This document shows positions 6,903-13,012 of a stretch of 28,969 bases of DNA, one piece after another (position 1 is the stretch's first letter; each line of letters begins with the position of its first letter). Source of the DNA: Planctomycetota bacterium (GTDB taxonomy: Bacteria; Planctomycetota; B15-G4). The stretch covers positions 1-28,969 of the forward strand of contig JBBQUR010000033.1 of assembly GCA_038212275.1 (NCBI GenBank), given 5' to 3'. A program made the translations under genes and the position numbers. The notes under the pieces are model-generated. The model saw nothing but the letters and a program-made list of their open reading frames with translations, did no database searches and was not told the DNA's origin.

Positions 6903-8720
6903 TCAGAGGAGGCTGCGCGACGGCGCGGTCTCGCCCGACATCGCGGCAAGCGTTGCCTCCGACGTCGCCTGGCTGGTGCGCGCGGACGTCGCTTCGCGCG
7001 GGGGGCCGGCCGCGCGGCCCGTCGCACCACGGCGCGGGCGTTGTTCGTAAGGCAGGCCCAGAGGCGGCAGCTGCGCCAGCGGCAACAGCGTGCGGCGCGT
7101 GAAGACCGACGCGGCGCGCATCTTCATGAATCGCAGGAAAAAGCGGGGAAAACGCGCCCAGCTCATGTCGTAGCCCTGGTGCGGGGCGGGCCAGCGCGAC
7201 AGGTTCCAGGCCTTGGTGAAGGCATACCAGACGCGCGCGGCACGGAACCAGCCCAGCCAGGACGGGATGCGCCAGAGCCCCGTGTCGTTCAGGAAGTTGG
7301 CCAGCACCGGGTGGAAGAAGTTGCGCACCTCGAGCCGCGCCGCGTAGGGCTTCGCGAAGCCCTTGTGATAGCGGCGCATGGTGGAGATGTCGCCGCTCTC
7401 GGCGACGCGCGAAATCGTGTCGGCCATCTCCTGCGAGATCGTGCCCGCGTTCACGGACTGCTGCAGGATGTCCGCGCCGGCCCAGATGTCCAGCCAGTAG
7501 ACCGAGACGACGTCCGGCGGATGCGCGCGATAGAAGCGCTCCATGTAGGCGCAGTCCGCTTCGGTCTCGCTGGGCAGGCCGAAGATCTGGTCCACGAAGA
7601 GGCCGATGCCGTGCTTGCGCGCCAGATCGATGGCGCGCGCGATCTGCGCCTCGCTGTTGGGGCGCCCGATGAGCTTTCGGATGTCCGCGTTGAGCGACTG
7701 CACGCCCATCTGGATCTGCGCGCAGCCGATCTGCTTGAGGTAGACGATCGTGCGCTCGTTGATGTTGTTCGGGATGGCGAAGCACTTGAACGGGATGCGC
7801 TCGGCATCCGTCATGCGCTCGGCCAGCTCCTTGAGCCACGGCTCGTCGCAGCAGATGTCGTCGTCGTTCACGCGCATGATGCGCGGGTTGTGGCGCGCCT
7901 TGATCTCGCGCAGTTCCTCCAGCACCTTGTCCACCGACTGGCTGCGCACGAAGTCCTTCGTGTACATCCAGTCCTTACGGTCGCCGTAGTACTCGCGCCG
8001 GTAGTAGTTGTTGCTGCAGAAGGTGCAGCCCCACGGGCAGCCGCGGCGCCACTCGACCATGTGGCCGGTGTCGAAGGGCACGCCGATCTGCAGGAAGAGG
8101 TCCTTGTCCGGGCGGCCGTAGCGGTCGAGGTCCGGCTCGTAGGGGCGCAGCGGGTTCTCCCGGTAGACGCGGCCGGCGGCGTCCGGGCTGGCCGTGCTGC
8201 CCGTGCTGCCCGTGCTGCCCGTGCTGGCCGTGCTGCCCGTGCCGCGCGCTGCGGGCTCCCTCCAGGCGAGGTTCGGGATGGAGGTGTCCACCGCGCCGTC
8301 GGCCAGGCTGTTGACGAGTTCCACGAAGGAGTCCTCGGCCTCGCCGCGGACGATCCAGTCGATGGTGCCTGTCTCGAGCACGGCCTGCGCGCTGGCCGTC
8401 GCGTGGTAGCCGCCGGCGACGCGCACGACGCCCGGCAGCCGGCGGCCGATCTCCGCAGCATATTTCATGCACCAGTCGGCGTTGGCGGTGAGCATCGAGA
8501 AGGCCACCACATCCGGGCGGAACTCCTCGACCCGCGCCAGCAGCTGGCTCTCGAAGGAGCACAGCCTGGCAAGCAGCCGGCTGTTGTATTCGTGCCGGAA
8601 GAAGTCGAACAGGCGCGGATCGAAGACCAGACCGGTGGTGTGGCCTGCGCGCCGGAGGGCTGCCGAGAGGTACTGGATGCCCAGACTCTCGACTTCGTTG
8701 TAGAGGAACAGGACGCGCAA
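6903..8720 (-). CDS. B12-binding-domain radical SAM protein
   Basis: N-terminal SLGIQYLSAALRRAGH...PDVVAFS...VAGGYHAT...RGEAE cobalamin-binding module, RGCPWGCTFC (CxxxCxxC), MGVQS and IFGLPSET. TTG start. Confidence 0.93.
   Translation of the reverse strand: MRVLFLYNEVESLGIQYLSAALRRAGHTTGLVFDPRLFDFFRHEYNSRLLARLCSFESQLLARVEEFRPDVVAFSMLTANADWCMKYAAEIGRRLPGVVRVAGGYHATASAQAVLETGTIDWIVRGEAEDSFVELVNSLADGAVDTSIPNLAWREPAARGTGSTASTGSTGSTGSTASPDAAGRVYRENPLRPYEPDLDRYGRPDKDLFLQIGVPFDTGHMVEWRRGCPWGCTFCSNNYYRREYYGDRKDWMYTKDFVRSQSVDKVLEELREIKARHNPRIMRVNDDDICCDEPWLKELAERMTDAERIPFKCFAIPNNINERTIVYLKQIGCAQIQMGVQSLNADIRKLIGRPNSEAQIARAIDLARKHGIGLFVDQIFGLPSETEADCAYMERFYRAHPPDVVSVYWLDIWAGADILQQSVNAGTISQEMADTISRVAESGDISTMRRYHKGFAKPYAARLEVRNFFHPVLANFLNDTGLWRIPSWLGWFRAARVWYAFTKAWNLSRWPAPHQGYDMSWARFPRFFLRFMKMRAASVFTRRTLLPLAQLPPLGLPYEQRPRRGATGRAAGPPREATSARTSQATSEATLAAMSGETAPSRSLL
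8191..8244 (-). repeat. 6 x 9-bp in-frame tandem repeat (GST/AST)
   Basis: (c/g)ccgtgctg units encode GTGSTASTGSTGSTGSTAS between the B12 and radical SAM domains. Confidence 0.9.
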
Positions 8721-8771
8721 GGACGGTCAGGCCGGAAGGGGGCGGGGAGCTGGCGCCGACGGCACGGCCGC

Positions 8772-8780
8772 AGAATAGCA
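8772..8780 (-). promoter_or_regulatory. Putative extended -10 promoter (TGcTATTCT) of the B12 radical SAM gene
   Basis: Reverse complement of agaatagca, about 50 nt upstream of the start. A near-identical context occurs at 23629-23637. Confidence 0.5.
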
Positions 8781-8924
8781 CGCCTCCTTCCCGCCGACCG
8801 GCCGGCGGACCTGCGTCGGCCACGCGCCGAGGGGTGCCGAAAGGGCGCCGATGGGCCGACGAAGACGCCCGGCGACACCCCGGCGAGTCGCCATCGAGCC
8901 GCGTTGCGGATGTCATCTCGTGCG

Positions 8925-8960
8925 TCACCGGTTGACAAGATGGCGCGCCGGTGATTTCGT
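8925..8960 (+). promoter_or_regulatory. Putative sigma70 promoter of the LysW-like gene with an inverted repeat around the -35
   Basis: Perfect TTGACA at 8932-8937, 17-nt spacer, weak TGa-TTTCGT -10. TCACCGG (8925-8931) and CCGGTGA (8948-8954) form an inverted repeat. Confidence 0.4.
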
Positions 8961-9032
8961 GCTGCGCAGAGTCCGGCCCCGTCCCGGACAACGGATCAGC
9001 AACAGCTCGGCAACAGCTCGTGGAGTGGCGCA

Positions 9033-9212
9033 ATGTGGGAGTGCATGGAGTGTTCCGAAGAGAACGATCTCGACCCCGACGCGGAGGAGGGTCAGATCGT
9101 CGAGTGCGTCGAATGCGGAACGGAGTTCGAGATCGTGCGCAAGGAGCCGCTCGCTCTCTCGCCGCTTGCGGCCGGTGACAGCGAGAGCGGCGGCGACGAC
9201 TGGGACGATTGA
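9033..9212 (+). CDS. lysW: LysW-like amino-group carrier protein (zinc ribbon, acidic), 59 aa; absent from the ORF track
   Basis: Translated by hand: MWECMECSEENDLDPDAEEGQIVECVECGTEFEIVRKEPLALSPLAAGDSESGGDDWDD*. Two CxxC pairs, G.IV.C..CG.E.E.V...PL.L pattern and GGAG RBS. The terminus DDWDD differs from canonical EDWGE, so the symbol marks family, not proven function. Confidence 0.8.
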   Translation: MWECMECSEENDLDPDAEEGQIVECVECGTEFEIVRKEPLALSPLAAGDSESGGDDWDD

Positions 9213-9273
9213 CGTCCGTCGGCGCGCGCGCGCACGCGCACGCATGCCGCCGCGCATGCCGGCGGGCGTGCCG

Positions 9274-9291
9274 CGGCCGCGAGAGCGGCCG
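9274..9291. terminator. GC hairpin with GAGA tetraloop between convergent genes
   Basis: cggccgc-gaga-gcggccg, a 7-bp stem. There is no U-tract, so terminator function is uncertain. Confidence 0.3.
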
Positions 9292-9306
9292 TCGCGCTGC
9301 GTGAGC

Positions 9307-10068
9307 TCAGAGCGGCTTGCGTGCCACCATCACCAGCGAGTGGCCCGCCGGTGAGCTCACGTGCCGCAGCAGCTTCGCCTCGCTGCTGAAGATTCCCGCG
9401 AGCATCTCGTTCGTCCAGTGCGGGATGCCGATGCCGACGTTGCTGCCAGCCTTGCTGTCATCGGGCTTGCGGATGGACTGCAGCGCCTTCAGCGCAAGCA
9501 CGGCGGGCAGGATCACGGGAAACAGCCACACGTTGATGTAGCTGCCCTTCAGGATCTCGAACCCCGCCGAACGCGCCTTGCCGGTCATCTCGCCCAGCGT
9601 GTAGCGGCGCACGTGGTGCGTGATGCGATCCTGCTGCGCGAAGAGAAACTGCCACGCAGGTCCTGACGCGATGAGGATCCCGCCCGGCTTGAGCATGCGG
9701 TGGATTTCCCGCATCGAACCGACGTCGTCCTCGATGTGCTCCAGTGCGTCGAAGGCCGTGACGCAGTCCAGCGTCGCGTCGCCGAAACAGCCGTCCGGCC
9801 CGTTGCAGGCGACGAGGCGCGGAAAGTTCCGCGCGGCGCAGTGCTGCAGCCCCTTGAGCGTGACGTCGGTGCCGATGACGCGCCCGTACTGCGCCATCGG
9901 CTCGAGCATGCCGCCCACGCCGCAGCCCAGGTCCATGAGCAGTCGGGGGCCGCCCGGGTCGCGCCGGACGTAGCTGTCCAGCAGGGACACGAAGATGGCG
10001 CGGCGCCCGCGGAACCACCAGTGCGTCTGCTCGAGTTCCAGGAACTCCTGGTAGACGGCGTCTTCCAT
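9307..10068 (-). CDS. Class I SAM-dependent methyltransferase
   Basis: MEDAVY...HWWFRGRR start, motif I LMDLGCGVG, AFDALEHIEDD, LKPGG, HHVRRY. This type is often found beside glycosyltransferases. Confidence 0.92.
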   Translation of the reverse strand: MEDAVYQEFLELEQTHWWFRGRRAIFVSLLDSYVRRDPGGPRLLMDLGCGVGGMLEPMAQYGRVIGTDVTLKGLQHCAARNFPRLVACNGPDGCFGDATLDCVTAFDALEHIEDDVGSMREIHRMLKPGGILIASGPAWQFLFAQQDRITHHVRRYTLGEMTGKARSAGFEILKGSYINVWLFPVILPAVLALKALQSIRKPDDSKAGSNVGIGIPHWTNEMLAGIFSSEAKLLRHVSSPAGHSLVMVARKPL

Positions 10069-10105
10069 GAACGGCAACCGCGAGGTGAGGTTCCAGCGCG
10101 GGCGG

Positions 10106-10142
10106 ATTCTAGAGGGCCGCCACGGCTGCCGGAAGATAAGTT
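10106..10142. promoter_or_regulatory. Putative back-to-back -10 boxes (TAGAAT minus, TAAGTT plus)
   Basis: attcta at 10106-10111 and taagtt at 10137-10142; the latter is 8 nt before GTG 10151. Confidence 0.4.
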
Positions 10143-10150
10143 TGGCGGCC

Positions 10151-13012
10151 GTGGGCGCGCCAACGCAGACAGCAGTCCCGGATGCCTCGCCGGATGGCGG
10201 GCGGCGCGAGCGGCGCGACGCCCCTCGTGACGAGGAGCCGCAGGCGGCGCGCCGCGCCTCGCTGACCTCGCTCGCGATCGTCGCGCTGCTGTCGCTGCTG
10301 CTCGTCGGCGAGGCGCTGCTTCCCGGCAGGCTCTTCCTGCCACTGACGCCGGACGACTTCCCGGAGTGGCAGGCCGGCCGGGACCCGGCCACGCTCCAGC
10401 ATCACCCGCATCCCGACTGGAGCATGTCGGACGTGCTGCACCTGCTGGTGCCTGGACTGTCCGTGAGCCAGTCGGCCGCGCGCGCCGGCCGACTGCCGCT
10501 GTGGGACGACAGCCAGGCGCTTGGCGTGCCGCACCTGCACGAGGTGCATTACGGCGTGCTGTATCCCCCGGCGTGGTTGGCGCTGGCCTTCGGTCTGAAC
10601 GGGCTGGCGTGGATGGCGCTGCTGCACCTCGTCGCCGCGGGCTCGGGCATGCTGCTCTACCTCACGGCAATCGGCCGCTCGCGCACGGCCGCGCTGGCCG
10701 GCGCGCTCTGCTTCATGGCAGGGGCGTGGGTGACGGCGCGGCTGCACAGCTTTCCCGTCGTGGGCGCAGCGGTCTGGCTGCCGTGGATGCTGCTCGGACT
10801 CGAGCGCGGCGCCGCTGCCGCCGCGCCGCGCACCCGCACGCGCTGGCGCATGCTCGCGGCGGCAAGCGTCGCGCTGTCGCTCTACGCGGGCTTTCCGCAG
10901 GTGTCGCTGCTGGCGCTGGCGCTGGCTGCCTTCGTGGAACTCTGCCGCACCATGGCGACACTCGGCAACAGGCGTCGCGGACTCAAACCGCGCATGGCGC
11001 GTGCACCGCTGCCGACGCTGGTGGCTGGCGCCCTGACGTTGCTGCTCGGCGTGGCCCTCGCGCTGCCGCAGCTGCTGCCGACGCTGGACTACCTGCGCGA
11101 CGACTCGGCCCGCAGCGAGCAGAGCACGGCCGCCCTCGCTGCCGATGCGCTGGAGCTGCCGCTTTTCTGGCAGCTCATCGTGCCGCACCGCTATGCGACG
11201 CCCGACCTGACCGGACCGCACCCGCTGGCGCTGCGTGACCTGCGCGCGGCCCAGATCCCGGCCTCGATCAACCACGCCGAGACGGCGATGGGCATCGGCG
11301 TGTCCGGCCTGCTGCTGGCGATCCTGGCCGTCGTGTTCGGACGCGGCTGGCGCACCCGGGCCTTCGCGCTCGTGCTCTGCGGCACGCTGCTGCTGCTCGC
11401 CATTCCCTGGCTGCTCGGCTTCACGGCGGAATGGCTGCCGCTGCTGCGCTTCGGCAGCCCGAAGCGGCTGCTGCTGCTGAGCAGCTTCGCGCTGGCGGTG
11501 CTCGCGGCCGGCGGTCTCGACCTCGCCCGCGGGAGGCAGCTGCGCGTGACCGTGACGGCCTGGGCGCTCGCGCTGGTCATCACCTTTCTGGGCCTGGTCG
11601 CGCGCACGACGGTGCCCTCGGTGGAACTGCCTTCGGACATCGACGCCTGGGCCGCGTCCATCGCCTCGTCCGCAGGCGGCGGACACACCGCTGCCGAAGT
11701 GCTCGCCGTCGTGCCGCTGGGCAATTTCCGCACGGCTGCCGAAGCGGCCTCGGGCGGCGCGATCACCTGCGTCCTCGCCGGCGTCTTCTGCATCCTCGTG
11801 TTCCGTCCGCGTCGCCGGCCGACCGTCGAGGGCTGGAGCACCATCGTGCGCTCGACACCTGCCGTCATCGTGGTGGCGCTGGCGATCGAACTCTTTCTCA
11901 CGGGCTGGACCTCGCTGCGTGCCGCGCCCACCGACGCCGTGACCGAGCGGCCGTCCGAGATGGGCGCGCTGAAGCGCCCCGAACTCGCCGAACTGGCGGC
12001 AGCGGCAGGCGCAGACGAGGCCGTGCCTCCGCGCGTGCTTCGCTACGGCAATGATCCGCCGTGGTTGCGTCCCAACCTGCCCGTGCTCTTCGGGCTGGCC
12101 GACGTGCAGTGCTATGCGCCGATGGCGCCGCGCCGCCTGTGCGAATTGCTCGACGCGATGGAACCCGGCATGGTCGTCTCCGGCTCGGCCATCGGCGGGC
12201 TGCTGAGACCGCAGACGCTGGCCTCGCCGCTGCTCGACCTGCTGGGCGTGCGCGCGCTTTTCACTTCCGATCCGGCGCTGTCCGAATCGCTGTGGCGCGA
12301 GGCCGGCTGGCGCCTGCTCGGCGCGGTGGGCGACGTGCGCGTGCTGGCCAACAGCGAGTCGCTGCCGCGCGCCTTCGTGGCGAGCCGCGTGGAATGCGTG
12401 CCCGACAGCGCCGCGCGCCTGGCGCGCCTGACGGCGCAGGACTTCAACCCGCGCACGACGGTGCTGCTCGAAGAGCCGCTCCCCGCATCGCTTGCCGCCG
12501 CGCTGGCGGCGCCGCCTGCCGGCGAGGCGCCCGGCGAGCCGCAGGACGAGCGCGCCACGAGCATCGTGGACTGGACACCCGGTCAGGCGCACCTGCTGGT
12601 CAGCGCCGGCCCTCCGGGGCTGCTCGTCGTCAGCGAGAGCTGGCACAGCGGCTGGCGCGCGCGGGTGCGTCCGGCGCACGCCTCACAGGGCGGGGACGGC
12701 GCGTGGGCGCCTCTGCCCGTGCTGCGCGCGGACCACGCGCTGCTTGCGCTGCCGCTGGAGAGCCGTGAGGATCTGGTCGTGGATCTCGCGTTCGACCCGC
12801 CGTTGGTGTCCTGGGCGCTGGGCTTCGGAGCTGCGGCGGGGCTGCTCTGGTTGCTGCTGCTGCTCTGGCCGGCGCGGCGCGTGCGCGACGGCCGGTTCGG
12901 CGCGACCCGCCCAATCGGCGCGAACAGCGCGGCCGGCGCAACCGGCGCAACCGGCGCGGCAAGCGCGACCGGCGACGGCCCGCCCTCGCCAGCGGGGGCC
13001 GGCGCGTCGTGA
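10151..13012 (+). CDS. YfhO-family polytopic membrane protein (GT-C-type glycosyltransferase)
   Basis: GRLPLWDDSQALGVP...YPP, many TM segments, PQLLPT, LPRAF, LVVSESWHSGWRA...VLRADHAL and a final TM. Start uncertain (10151 vs 10067). Confidence 0.85.
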   Translation: MGAPTQTAVPDASPDGGRRERRDAPRDEEPQAARRASLTSLAIVALLSLLLVGEALLPGRLFLPLTPDDFPEWQAGRDPATLQHHPHPDWSMSDVLHLLVPGLSVSQSAARAGRLPLWDDSQALGVPHLHEVHYGVLYPPAWLALAFGLNGLAWMALLHLVAAGSGMLLYLTAIGRSRTAALAGALCFMAGAWVTARLHSFPVVGAAVWLPWMLLGLERGAAAAAPRTRTRWRMLAAASVALSLYAGFPQVSLLALALAAFVELCRTMATLGNRRRGLKPRMARAPLPTLVAGALTLLLGVALALPQLLPTLDYLRDDSARSEQSTAALAADALELPLFWQLIVPHRYATPDLTGPHPLALRDLRAAQIPASINHAETAMGIGVSGLLLAILAVVFGRGWRTRAFALVLCGTLLLLAIPWLLGFTAEWLPLLRFGSPKRLLLLSSFALAVLAAGGLDLARGRQLRVTVTAWALALVITFLGLVARTTVPSVELPSDIDAWAASIASSAGGGHTAAEVLAVVPLGNFRTAAEAASGGAITCVLAGVFCILVFRPRRRPTVEGWSTIVRSTPAVIVVALAIELFLTGWTSLRAAPTDAVTERPSEMGALKRPELAELAAAAGADEAVPPRVLRYGNDPPWLRPNLPVLFGLADVQCYAPMAPRRLCELLDAMEPGMVVSGSAIGGLLRPQTLASPLLDLLGVRALFTSDPALSESLWREAGWRLLGAVGDVRVLANSESLPRAFVASRVECVPDSAARLARLTAQDFNPRTTVLLEEPLPASLAAALAAPPAGEAPGEPQDERATSIVDWTPGQAHLLVSAGPPGLLVVSESWHSGWRARVRPAHASQGGDGAWAPLPVLRADHALLALPLESREDLVVDLAFDPPLVSWALGFGAAAGLLWLLLLLWPARRVRDGRFGATRPIGANSAAGATGATGAASATGDGPPSPAGAGAS
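12933..12959 (+). repeat. 3 x 9-bp in-frame repeat (GAT)
   Basis: ccggcgcaa ccggcgcaa ccggcgcgg. Confidence 0.75.

Noticed and set aside
10109..12679. 856-aa minus-strand ORF, and similar long antisense ORFs (2483-3739, 3987-5432, 7041-8954, 14107-16845, 17552-19603, 19588-21558, 21572-23605, 23457-25262)
   Set aside because: They mirror well-supported genes on the other strand and carry no motifs. Long shadow ORFs are expected at this GC content.
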